Positions 17,992-26,504 of a DNA stretch of 64,000 nucleotides are shown here, piece after piece. Both the position numbers and the translations under genes were made by a program. Position 1 is the stretch's first letter; each line of letters opens with the position of its first letter. Source of the stretch: Patescibacteria group bacterium (GTDB lineage Bacteria; Patescibacteriota; Patescibacteriia; JACRDY01); contig JBAZFH010000002.1 of assembly GCA_041653535.1 (NCBI GenBank), forward strand, positions 257,235 through 321,234, written 5' to 3'. Under the pieces are notes generated by a model. It had not been told where the DNA came from and did no database searches. It worked only from the letters and a program-made list of their open reading frames with translations.

Positions 17992-18550
17992 TTACTTGGG
18001 TTTTTTCTGCGTTTTTCCCTTGGGATTTTTGCTGCGCGCAGCAGCAACCAGCTGTTGCAGGGTCATGCCGCTGCTGATGATGTCGACGAGCTCTTCCAGA
18101 AGATCCGGTTTTTCTCGCAGTGTCGCCTTGGTTCTGGCTCGGACGTTGTCGTCGCCTTCGATCGGGACCTGGCGAATACGCGGTTTGGTCGCTTTACCTT
18201 CTTCGGCTGTTTTTTTCCAGAGCGTGATTGATAAAATTTTCAGCTCCGCCAAGGATTTTTTCGGCCAAATTGATCGCTCTGTCACCACGGTCTTTCAGCG
18301 TGTTGCCGGTCTTTTTGGCAAGGTTGAAAGTCTTTATGACTTTTTCGAACAGGGGAGAGTCTTCTTCGGTGAACTCGGCCGGGACGTGAATGAACTTTTC
18401 TTTGCCGCTGTTTTCAACGGTGAAATTAATTCCAGTCTCGGTAAAAATTTGGACGAATTTAGTGAACTGGGTGATGTCGTTGAAGGCAAAGACAATCGTC
18501 AGTTTTCCATTTTCGTCCGGGGATATAAAAACGTTTTTGTTACTTGCCAT
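17992..18550 (-). pseudogene. hypothetical protein, apparently split by a frameshift at an A7 run (18210-18216)
   Basis: Overlapping ORFs 18194-18550 and 17992-18288 join (HALEK/TAEEGK) if one A is removed. Confidence 0.45.
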
Positions 18551-19040
18551 GACCCTTGGCTCCTTTTTGTTGTTTTTGCATCAGGTTGTCAAAAATTTTG
18601 TTGTAGGCTTTCACATAGGTGACCCAGACTGTGTTTGCGGAGGCGTAGGTGCCTTCCGCATTTTTTAGACCTGTCCAATTTTGCAGCCCGTAATATTTTT
18701 GTTTTTGTTGCCAAAATTTTTCCAATTTTTCGGTGGTCATATCTTTTCTTTTGGCAATGTTCAAAATTTCATATGGATCGGTCAGGTTTTTTATCCTTCT
18801 CACTTCATTTTTTACCCAAAGGATTAACCGCGGATCAACGGCGGTCCGTGGTTCGGGCAATGTTTTACCGGTAAGAAGGGTAAATATCCGTCTGCCGGCA
18901 CGGCGAATGTCATAAGGGAGTAATAAGTCGGGGATGTCGGTTCTTTTGATCCCATAGTCTTCGTCGCCGGTGGTGATCAGCATGATGTCGCGGTAAAGAT
19001 TGTCGAGACGATTAACAACGAGATTTACCTTTTTAGGCAT
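18540..19040 (-). CDS. hypothetical protein
   Basis: ORF with SD AAGGAGG before the ATG at 19040 (track start is 19079). Confidence 0.65.
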   Translation of the reverse strand: MPKKVNLVVNRLDNLYRDIMLITTGDEDYGIKRTDIPDLLLPYDIRRAGRRIFTLLTGKTLPEPRTAVDPRLILWVKNEVRRIKNLTDPYEILNIAKRKDMTTEKLEKFWQQKQKYYGLQNWTGLKNAEGTYASANTVWVTYVKAYNKIFDNLMQKQQKGAKGHGK

Positions 19041-19145
19041 TATTACCTCCTTACAGTGGGGGATTGATTTGTATGTCAACGAACTTGGAATTGGTCTTTA
19101 AAGTTATCAAAATGGGGGTTTAATGTCAATTGAGGGAATTAGGGG

Positions 19146-19184
19146 CTGGGAACTAGGAACTGGGAACTGGGGGTTGGGGATGGG
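19146..19184. repeat. degenerate 7-bp tandem repeat (ACTGGGA-like)
   Basis: ctggga actagga actggga actgggg gttgggg atggg. Confidence 0.6.
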
Positions 19185-19227
19185 TGTGGATAAGACGGTT
19201 ATTGACGTTTTTAGTTAGTGTGTTAGT

Positions 19228-19246
19228 ATGTGTATAGAATACACTA
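19228..19246 (+). promoter_or_regulatory. NrtR operator (autoregulatory)
   Basis: ATGTGT-ATAGAAT-ACACTA fits the GT-N7-AC NrtR consensus and overlaps a TTGACG...TAGTAT promoter. Confidence 0.7.
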
Positions 19247-19255
19247 AGATAAAAT

Positions 19256-19933
19256 ATGGTCAAGAAATTAACCAAAAAATACAAATTTGCCACTATTGCT
19301 ACCGATGTGGTTATTTTTACCATCAAAGACGAAAAGCCGCAGGTACTACTGATTAAGATGAAGAAAAAACCTTTTGCTGACTCGTGGGCAGTACCGGGCG
19401 GGTTAGTACATGGTGATGAATCGGTTGACCGAGCGGCACGCCGTCATCTTTTTTCTAAAACCGGTCTCAAAGACGTTTATCTCGAACAGCTTTATACTTT
19501 TGGTAGTGTTGATCGCGATCCTTTTGGTCGGGTAGTGTCGGTTGCTTATTTTGCCCTGATTCCGAATGCCGACTTGAAACTAAAAACCACCAGTGAATAT
19601 GCCGGAGTGCAATGGTGTCCGGTAGATAAATTGCCAAAACTTGCCTATGACCACAAAGAGGTGGTGAGTAAAGCGGTAGAAAGACTGCAGGCTAAACTTG
19701 GTTATACCAATATTGTTTTTGGGCTGCTACCGCCAGAGTTTACTTTGTCGGAGCTACAAAAGACTTACGAAATAATACTCGGTAAGAAATTAGATAAAAG
19801 AAACTTTCGCAAAAAATTGTTTAGTCTGAAACTGGTGCAAAGTACCGGTGGTCGCAAAGCGGGGGATGCTAATAGACCGGCTGAGCTTTATCGTTTTGCC
19901 AGCAAACACCCGCAGCTAATCGAGATCCTTTAA
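19256..19933 (+). CDS. nrtR: Nudix-related transcriptional regulator NrtR
   Basis: Degenerate Nudix domain (WAVPGG...AARRHL), EQLYTF...RDP.GRVVSVAY, LAYDH, wHTH FTLSELQ..YE...DKRNFRKK. Confidence 0.92.
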   Translation: MVKKLTKKYKFATIATDVVIFTIKDEKPQVLLIKMKKKPFADSWAVPGGLVHGDESVDRAARRHLFSKTGLKDVYLEQLYTFGSVDRDPFGRVVSVAYFALIPNADLKLKTTSEYAGVQWCPVDKLPKLAYDHKEVVSKAVERLQAKLGYTNIVFGLLPPEFTLSELQKTYEIILGKKLDKRNFRKKLFSLKLVQSTGGRKAGDANRPAELYRFASKHPQLIEIL

Positions 19934-19958
19934 TTCCTTTTTATTTTTTATCCAGAGT

Positions 19959-19977
19959 TAGTGTAATAAATACACTA
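19959..19977 (+). promoter_or_regulatory. NrtR operator upstream of pnuC
   Basis: Perfect-arm palindrome TAGTGT-AATAAAT-ACACTA. Confidence 0.75.
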
Positions 19978-20016
19978 TAAAGATATAAATAATCTAATAA
20001 ATAAAGAAAAAAGCAT

Positions 20017-20601
20017 ATGAGTATCTTTGAAATCATCGGAGTGATATTTGGTGTCTGGTCAGTATATCTGACTGTAAAACAAAAAGTACTCAGTTGGCCG
20101 GTGGGGCTAGTCAGCGTCGTGGCGCTAGGCATAATGTTTTTCCAGATAAAACTTTACGCTGATGCCATGGAGCAGATTTATTACGTCATTACCGGCTTTG
20201 TCGGCTGGTATCTATGGAAATATGGGGGAGAGAAAAAAAGCGAACTAAAGGTTTCGCTACTAAACAACAAGCAGCGAGTGATCGGCGCCGGGATTGTCTT
20301 GGCACTATCAGCAGTACTTGGATATTTGCTCGACACTTATACCGACGCTTCACTGCCTTATCTGGATTCAGTCACTACAGTCATGAGTCTATGCGCGCAG
20401 CTACTGCTCACTAAAAAGATTTTCGAAAACTGGATTTTATGGATTATCGTCGACGTCATGGCACTTGGTATTTATACCTATAAAGGCGTCTATCTGACTA
20501 CCGGTCTTTACGTCATTTACCTAGTATTAGCTAGCGGCGGTTTTGTGCAGTGGTATAAATCACTAGTCGCTAACAAAAAGTATGTCAAAGAAACCATCTA
20601 A
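20017..20601 (+). CDS. pnuC: nicotinamide riboside transporter PnuC
   Basis: Multi-TM protein; WPVG; GWYLW; PYLDS; ENWILW..VD. Confidence 0.9.
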   Translation: MSIFEIIGVIFGVWSVYLTVKQKVLSWPVGLVSVVALGIMFFQIKLYADAMEQIYYVITGFVGWYLWKYGGEKKSELKVSLLNNKQRVIGAGIVLALSAVLGYLLDTYTDASLPYLDSVTTVMSLCAQLLLTKKIFENWILWIIVDVMALGIYTYKGVYLTTGLYVIYLVLASGGFVQWYKSLVANKKYVKETI

Positions 20602-21649
20602 AAATCAAACTACTGGACTCGTGCTCGGCAAATTTGCTCCGTTTCACGCTGGGCACCAGTATCTGGTGGAAACCGCAATCAAGCAAACCGACAGGGTGAT
20701 TGTCCTGATTTACAATTGTCCGGAAACAATCGATATACCGCTTGATGTCCGTGCCGAATGGATTCGACAAATTTATCCGCAAGTGGAAGTGATAGAGGCT
20801 TGGGATGGACCGACCGAGTCAGGGCACGATCCGCGAGTGATAAAATTAAACGAAGATTATATTTTGCAAAAAATAAAAGAGCCGATCACGCATTTTTTTT
20901 GCAGTGAGTGGTATGGCGATCATGTTAGCAAGGCGCTTGGCGCTATTAACTGCGTGGTGGATGAGAAAAGAGAAACTTTTCCGGTGTCGGGAACGATAAT
21001 TCGTTCCAACCCACATGTTTACAAAAAATTTTTACATCCGGTGGTTTACAAAGACTTTGTAAAGAAAATTGTTTTTCTTGGTGCCGAGTCAACCGGTAAA
21101 ACCACCATTACTAGAGAGCTAGCCAAAATTTACAAAACCGAGTGGATGCCGGAACTAGGCAGAGAGTATTGGGAAAAAAACCAAATAGACGGAAAACTCT
21201 CGGAAGAGCAGCTGCTAGATCTAGCCTATCAGCATATAGAAAAAGAAGAAGAACTCCTTTTACGAGCGAACAGATATTTTTTTGCTGATACTAATGCTAT
21301 AACCACGGCAATGTTTTCCCGCTATTATCACGGTCATATCCATCCGCAACTGGAGTGTCTGGCAAGAAGAGTGGAATCTCGCTACGATTTGTATTTTGTT
21401 TGTGATATAGATATCCCTTATGAAGACGATGGTGCCAGGTCCGGCGCCGATCACAGACTAATTTTTCAGCAGCAGATAATAGAGGACCTAGAAAGAAGGG
21501 GGATAAACTATATTTTACTTCGTGGCGACTTGGGACAGCGGATGAGACGGGTAAGAGAATATCTAAACATGCTAGAAAAAGATCAAAAAATAGAGGAGAA
21601 TATTGGTTTTTTCTTGTATTTTAGTAAGATGTTAAGACAATTTGGCTAA
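20582..21649 (+). CDS. nadR: NadR-type NMN adenylyltransferase / ribosylnicotinamide kinase, no HTH domain
   Basis: GKFAPFHAGH, VSGT.IR, GAESTGKTT, E.GREY, DTNA.TT, DDG.R. Confidence 0.9.
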   Translation: MSKKPSKNQTTGLVLGKFAPFHAGHQYLVETAIKQTDRVIVLIYNCPETIDIPLDVRAEWIRQIYPQVEVIEAWDGPTESGHDPRVIKLNEDYILQKIKEPITHFFCSEWYGDHVSKALGAINCVVDEKRETFPVSGTIIRSNPHVYKKFLHPVVYKDFVKKIVFLGAESTGKTTITRELAKIYKTEWMPELGREYWEKNQIDGKLSEEQLLDLAYQHIEKEEELLLRANRYFFADTNAITTAMFSRYYHGHIHPQLECLARRVESRYDLYFVCDIDIPYEDDGARSGADHRLIFQQQIIEDLERRGINYILLRGDLGQRMRRVREYLNMLEKDQKIEENIGFFLYFSKMLRQFG

Positions 21650-21824
21650 ATCTTGACATTTTATATCTATTATGTTAAGTTTTGGGGTTAGAGCTGACGG
21701 TATTTAACACGTAGAAAAACAAAGAAAAAAGTAGCTAAAATCTGGCTAATTTTTTCTAGCTTTGATTGCAAATATCAAGGCTGAAGTGAACATTAAATTC
21801 AAAAACGAAGAAGGGAGGATATAG

Positions 21825-22622
21825 ATGGATGTTTTGTCTCGAAACAATGGGGTAACGACGATAACTTCGGATAGGGGTTTTACCAAGTCGTTTGCTCCGG
21901 GTCGGGTGTTTTTGCCCGATGAGTATCCGGAAGTGCTGCAGAAGTTTCTGCAGGGTCCAAACGTCGTGGTCATCGGCTTGACCGGCTATTCGTCGATCAA
22001 GTCCGAGCATTGTGCTCGTTGGGGGATTAAGCCCGGCGCTTATGAGTATGCGGTTCATAGCATGCTTACCAATTTAGTGAATGAACTGCGTACCGCCTAT
22101 CCCGGCATCGATATTCGCTTTGTCCACGGCGCTTCGGATATGGGCGTGGACAAGGAAGTTATTGCAGTCGGTGAAGAGCTTGGTGTCCCGCAACTCGGAT
22201 TTTCTTGTCCGGAATTTCTGTCATACGTCGACAACGAAAATCATGACTTTCCGATCTACGTCGGCGCCGATCAAGCGGACTACTCGGACAAGTTCATCCA
22301 GGCACTCGATATTCTAGTTGCGGCCAATGGTCGTAAGCAGGCGTTCATCCACGATATGTCGGCGGCGCTTAGCCACGCTAAATACATCGTGCCGATCAAT
22401 ATCGTGCAGGCGATTTCCAGTACTGGTGGTCCGGCAGCCATCAACGAAGACGGTACGATCGAAGACGCAACCGAGCTGTTTTATCAGCGGGTTGTCTATT
22501 TAGCTATCCAGTTTGGCATCGCCGGACAGGATGTCTGGGCTGAGCTCAACCAGAAACTTACCCAGGCGATCAAGGCAATCACTCGTAAGATTTTGCCGGC
22601 AAACGCTGCTTTTCCTATTTAA
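21825..22622 (+). CDS. hypothetical protein, SLOG-superfamily-like
   Basis: VVIGLTGYS, FVHGASDMGVD and DILVAANG resemble SLOG/YspA nucleotide-binding motifs; first gene of the NAD operon. Confidence 0.5.
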   Translation: MDVLSRNNGVTTITSDRGFTKSFAPGRVFLPDEYPEVLQKFLQGPNVVVIGLTGYSSIKSEHCARWGIKPGAYEYAVHSMLTNLVNELRTAYPGIDIRFVHGASDMGVDKEVIAVGEELGVPQLGFSCPEFLSYVDNENHDFPIYVGADQADYSDKFIQALDILVAANGRKQAFIHDMSAALSHAKYIVPINIVQAISSTGGPAAINEDGTIEDATELFYQRVVYLAIQFGIAGQDVWAELNQKLTQAIKAITRKILPANAAFPI

Positions 22623-22661
22623 CCGTTGATGATAGTCACACGAAAGGAAAGGAGATTTCCG

Positions 22662-23411
22662 ATGAAAAATGTTACTATTGGTCCGCATGACGCGGTCATT
22701 GCCGTCGATTTGTTTCAGAAGGCTTTTCGCTTCGGTGGCGGATTGCCGATAGTGGGCGGTGATGGTTTGGTTATTCCGGCGATTAACTTTATTTCCCTGC
22801 CGTGGGGATATGTTGTTGCCAGTATTGACCAGCATCAGCTGGGAAATATTTCTTTCGCCAGCTCGTACCGAAACGTGCCGGTACCGAAAATCGGTTATCC
22901 GGAAATAACCCTGGAGATGGTACGGAAAAACTGGGCGGATTATTACGTCGGTCCGGCTGCCAAGTTTACCGCGAAGCAGTTGGTTGATTATTTGGAAAAC
23001 GTCGTTTCCTGCTCGCAGGTTCTCTGGCCGAACCATGGTACGGTCGAAGCCGGTGACGGTGTTATTAGTCCGCCGTTTATCGAAGTGTCGCTCGACTACA
23101 TTCTGTTCAAGGGAACAGATGTGTTATGTGACAGCTACTCCGCTTTTGTCGACAATCTCGGTCGTCCGACCGGTCTTGCCGATGAATTGCGTCGATGCGG
23201 TATTAAGCGCGTTTTTTTGATTGGACTTGCTTTCGACTATTGCGTCGGTTGGTCAGCGCTCGACGGCGTGAAGGAAAGTTTCGAGGTCTACATTGTTGAA
23301 AATCTGACCAAGTCGGTCGGCTTTCCGGCTAATTCGGTCGAAGCGATGCGCGAGCAGCTTCTCGCGACCGGGGTGAAAATCATCACCACCGCCGACATCT
23401 CGACGATGTAA
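22662..23411 (+). CDS. pncA: nicotinamidase
   Basis: VD..Q..F..GG.L, DQH, LWPNH, KG...DSYSAF, GLAFDYCV; SD AAGGAG before the ATG at 22662. Confidence 0.9.
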   Translation: MKNVTIGPHDAVIAVDLFQKAFRFGGGLPIVGGDGLVIPAINFISLPWGYVVASIDQHQLGNISFASSYRNVPVPKIGYPEITLEMVRKNWADYYVGPAAKFTAKQLVDYLENVVSCSQVLWPNHGTVEAGDGVISPPFIEVSLDYILFKGTDVLCDSYSAFVDNLGRPTGLADELRRCGIKRVFLIGLAFDYCVGWSALDGVKESFEVYIVENLTKSVGFPANSVEAMREQLLATGVKIITTADISTM

Positions 23412-23425
23412 AAAAAACAACACGT

Positions 23426-23520
23426 GCGGAGGGTGCTCTACGGAGTACCTTCCGCCCTAGAAAATTTGCACCAAAGAAATTTGGTTCAAGCTTTCTGGTC
23501 ACAACCACACGGCTGCGGCC
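23426..23520 (+). ncRNA. three-hairpin intergenic element, copy 1
   Basis: Hairpin 23426-23455 (UACG loop), 38-nt core 23459-23496, hairpin 23497-23520. Confidence 0.7.
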
Positions 23521-23600
23521 TAAAATGTTCTTTAAATTTCAGTTACTCATAAATCAACCAACCAACTTTTGTCCAAAAAAGTTCAGAAAGGGGATAGAAA

Positions 23601-24701
23601 ATGGTGAACAGAAGTAGGGAAGATTTTTTGCTTAGCCGTGTTTACGCGGCGCTCGTTGGTCTATGGATCGGCGATGGCATGGGTATGCCGGTGGAAATGA
23701 TGACACCGGAGCAGATCAAAGAGACAGTCGGTCGAGTCACTGGGTTTATTACGCCGGTGCAAAGGCATATCGGAGGCACGGCCTTCCTTCCGGCAGGTCA
23801 CTGGACCGATGACTGGCAGTTGGCGCGCGCTATTTTGCGGTCGCTAGTTGAATCTGGCGGCTACAACATCAATGATATCGTCGGGCAGCATTTGCTCGCC
23901 CTGAAAGAATCGACCATAGGATGGGGCAAGGCGACCAAAAACGAGCTTCTGAATATCCAGCGGTTTTTCGAAACCGGTGGGACCGAAGGTCGTAATCCAG
24001 CCACTTCGCCGCAGTTGATCGCCGGCCAGGGTACTGGCAATGGCGTGGCGATGAAAATCGCTGCGCTCGCGCTGTACCAAGTGTTGAAACAAGGCGGCTT
24101 TTATCGGCTGCCGCTCGTTACCCAAGTGAAAGAAGTGGGTCTACTGACTCACGCTGATCCTCGGGCGAGCGTTGCGGCGTTTGCTGTCGCCGCGGTGATT
24201 GGCATGGTTATGGAAAAGCCTTTTGAGCTTTTTTGGCCTGCCAAAAAATTTCAGCAGCAAAGGTTTTTGCGGCGGCTGATCGCTCTGACCGAATGGGCCG
24301 AGCAAGACGGTGGTTTGAAAAGCGTCAATTACACTGACCAGTTTTTTTCCGAAGCACTTGGTTATCTGGCTAGCAACAATGGATTACTCCTCGAAGGGTC
24401 GGAATATTTGCGCAAAATCGGTACGAACTGTTTCGCCTTGAATTCGGTGCCGTTTGCAATCGGTGTATTCTTGCGTCACCCGACAGACTTTCGCGCTGGA
24501 GTGCTTGAAGCGATCAACGCCGGCGGCGATACCGACACGACCGCGGCCATGGTTGGCGCGATGATCGGAGCCAACGTTGGTTTGGAAGGTATTCCTCTGG
24601 AGTGGCGACACTTTTTGATGGAACACTATAGCGATGACTACGGCGAATTGCTTTCCTTGGGCAGTGCGCTTTTCATGCAGGCCACGGGGAAGGTTGAGTA
24701 A
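23601..24701 (+). CDS. ADP-ribosylglycohydrolase (DraG/ARH family)
   Basis: GDGMGMPVE, WTDD, GNGVAM, TH, GGDTDTTAAMVGA. Confidence 0.92.
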   Translation: MVNRSREDFLLSRVYAALVGLWIGDGMGMPVEMMTPEQIKETVGRVTGFITPVQRHIGGTAFLPAGHWTDDWQLARAILRSLVESGGYNINDIVGQHLLALKESTIGWGKATKNELLNIQRFFETGGTEGRNPATSPQLIAGQGTGNGVAMKIAALALYQVLKQGGFYRLPLVTQVKEVGLLTHADPRASVAAFAVAAVIGMVMEKPFELFWPAKKFQQQRFLRRLIALTEWAEQDGGLKSVNYTDQFFSEALGYLASNNGLLLEGSEYLRKIGTNCFALNSVPFAIGVFLRHPTDFRAGVLEAINAGGDTDTTAAMVGAMIGANVGLEGIPLEWRHFLMEHYSDDYGELLSLGSALFMQATGKVE

Positions 24702-24714
24702 CTAAACAAACACG

Positions 24715-24809
24715 CGGCGGGCGTCTTTATAAAAAGGGCGTCCGCCGACAGAAAATTTGTACTAAAGAAATTTGGTTCAAGCTTTCTAGTCGTAACCAAG
24801 GTTGTGACT
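24715..24809 (+). ncRNA. three-hairpin intergenic element, copy 2
   Basis: Hairpin 24715-24747, core 24750-24787 (two C-to-T changes), hairpin 24788-24809. Confidence 0.7.
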
Positions 24810-24854
24810 AAAACGAACTTTACAACAAAATTTTTACGATAAAGGAGCAAAAGG

Positions 24855-26333
24855 ATGAAAATCGACAAAAATGACATTGCGGTTTACGGCGGCAGTTTTA
24901 GCCCGCCGGGAAACCACCATGTGAAGGTAGTGGAGGTGCTAATCGAAGCAGGGTTTCGGCGAATCATCGTCGTTCCTTGCGGCTATCGCGATGACAAAAA
25001 AACCCGAACTAACGACATCGAAAAACTGCATCGAGCAGTAATGTCGGATATGGCTTTTGGTCATTTGCCCGGTGTCGAGGTCGACCTGTTTGATCTTGAA
25101 AAAGACGTTTTTACCAGAACGTGGGATTTGGAACGTCGTTACAAAAACCAGGGTCGGGTTTGGCACGTCATCGGCGCTGATATGATCATCGGCGGGCGCG
25201 CTGGTGAGTCGGAAATCCAGCGGGAATGGGAACACGGCCGCGAACTGTGGAACAAGTCCAACTTCGTGGTTTTCACCCGTGATGGCTACAATCTTTTGAA
25301 AGAAGATTTACCGCCGCATAATGTGGTAATGACGGCAGCGGTAGAGACTGCAAAATCCAGTACGGAAATTCGGCGCGCTATCGCCGCTCACGAATCAATC
25401 GCTGATATGACCCCGCCGCTAGTGACGGATTATATCGAAAGATATCGTCTGTACAGTGCTGGGTTAACCGTGCGCAGCGGAGAAATAAATATTCATTCGC
25501 CGCGCCTTTTGATTATTTCTGATCCGGATAATTTGCGGGCGCAAGAGATAGCACGATATTTTTCGCGCTTTGCTTGTCCGCAAAAACCGAATATGATTTT
25601 GGTTGTCGGCGGCGACGGCACGATGCTGCGGGCGGTCAGAGAAAATTGGCGAAAACGTTTGCCGTTTTTTGGTATTAACGCCGGTCATCTGGGATTTTTG
25701 CTCAACCGTATCGAGGCATTGCCGGAAGAGTGGGAAGACGTTTTTGTTTCGCCATTTGTAGTGCATCAGTCGCCGTTGCTTTACGTGGAAACACGAAAGC
25801 ATCTGCATGATTGGAAAGGCGCTTTTGCCGTCAACGATGCCTGGGTGGAGCGGCAGACGCTGCAAGCCGCCTGGATCGAGCTGATTGTTCGTCAGCGCGC
25901 CAACGGTCATGTGACAACCGAAGAGTGGCATCTGGATAAACTGGTCGGTAATGGCGCGCTTGTTTCCACGGCAGCCGGGTCGACCTCTTATGCCCAACCG
26001 ATGGGTGCTCCGGCGATGTTAGTCGGTTCACCGCATTTGGTCTTGGTGGGAGACGATGTAAAATTTCCTGCCAACTGGGAGTATTCGACATTGGACTTGA
26101 ATCAAGAAGTTGAAATGGTCGGTTTGGACGGTAAAAAACGTCCTTTGCGTGGTTCGGTCGACGGTGTGGATTTGGGTCGAGTTCAAGCCATGCGGGTTCG
26201 TACTTCCAACATCGCCGCCGCCGAATTTGTTTTTGTCAAAGGGCAAGACCTGGCAGGAAAATTGGAAGAAATCCAATTTCCCGGAGCGATCAGTTCATCG
26301 GGCTGGCGCAAGAGGCCGACGACAAATTCGTAA
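24855..26333 (+). CDS. nicotinate-nucleotide adenylyltransferase / NAD kinase fusion
   Basis: N-half GGSFSPPGNHH, IGAD, SSTEIR; C-half GGDGT, GINAGHLGFL, VND, STAAGSTSY. Confidence 0.88.
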   Translation: MKIDKNDIAVYGGSFSPPGNHHVKVVEVLIEAGFRRIIVVPCGYRDDKKTRTNDIEKLHRAVMSDMAFGHLPGVEVDLFDLEKDVFTRTWDLERRYKNQGRVWHVIGADMIIGGRAGESEIQREWEHGRELWNKSNFVVFTRDGYNLLKEDLPPHNVVMTAAVETAKSSTEIRRAIAAHESIADMTPPLVTDYIERYRLYSAGLTVRSGEINIHSPRLLIISDPDNLRAQEIARYFSRFACPQKPNMILVVGGDGTMLRAVRENWRKRLPFFGINAGHLGFLLNRIEALPEEWEDVFVSPFVVHQSPLLYVETRKHLHDWKGAFAVNDAWVERQTLQAAWIELIVRQRANGHVTTEEWHLDKLVGNGALVSTAAGSTSYAQPMGAPAMLVGSPHLVLVGDDVKFPANWEYSTLDLNQEVEMVGLDGKKRPLRGSVDGVDLGRVQAMRVRTSNIAAAEFVFVKGQDLAGKLEEIQFPGAISSSGWRKRPTTNS

Positions 26334-26343
26334 AAATCAAACA

Positions 26344-26440
26344 AGTGGAGGGTGTTACCATAAGGCGCGCCCTCCACTATAGAAAATTTGCACCAAAGAA
26401 ATTTGGTTCAAGCTTTCTGGTCACAACTACGGTTGCGGCC
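26344..26440 (+). ncRNA. three-hairpin intergenic element, copy 3
   Basis: Hairpin 26344-26378, core 26381-26418 identical to copy 1, hairpin 26419-26440 (UACG loop). Confidence 0.7.
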
Positions 26441-26504
26441 AAAAAAGAACATTACAATAAACCAAAGGAAAAACAGTAATAATTGCGAGACAAGGAGAAA
26501 AAAG

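Noticed and set aside
21695-21715. Possible third NrtR site (GT-ATTTAAC-AC)
   Set aside because: Flanks are not palindromic and do not match the TAGTGT/ACACTA arms of the two good sites.
23459-26418. 38-bp repeats as a CRISPR array
   Set aside because: The copies are 1.3-1.6 kb apart, separated by whole genes, and no cas genes are present.
26388-26504. N-terminal extension of pncB from TTG at 26388
   Set aside because: It runs through the repeated element; the SD supports ATG 26505.
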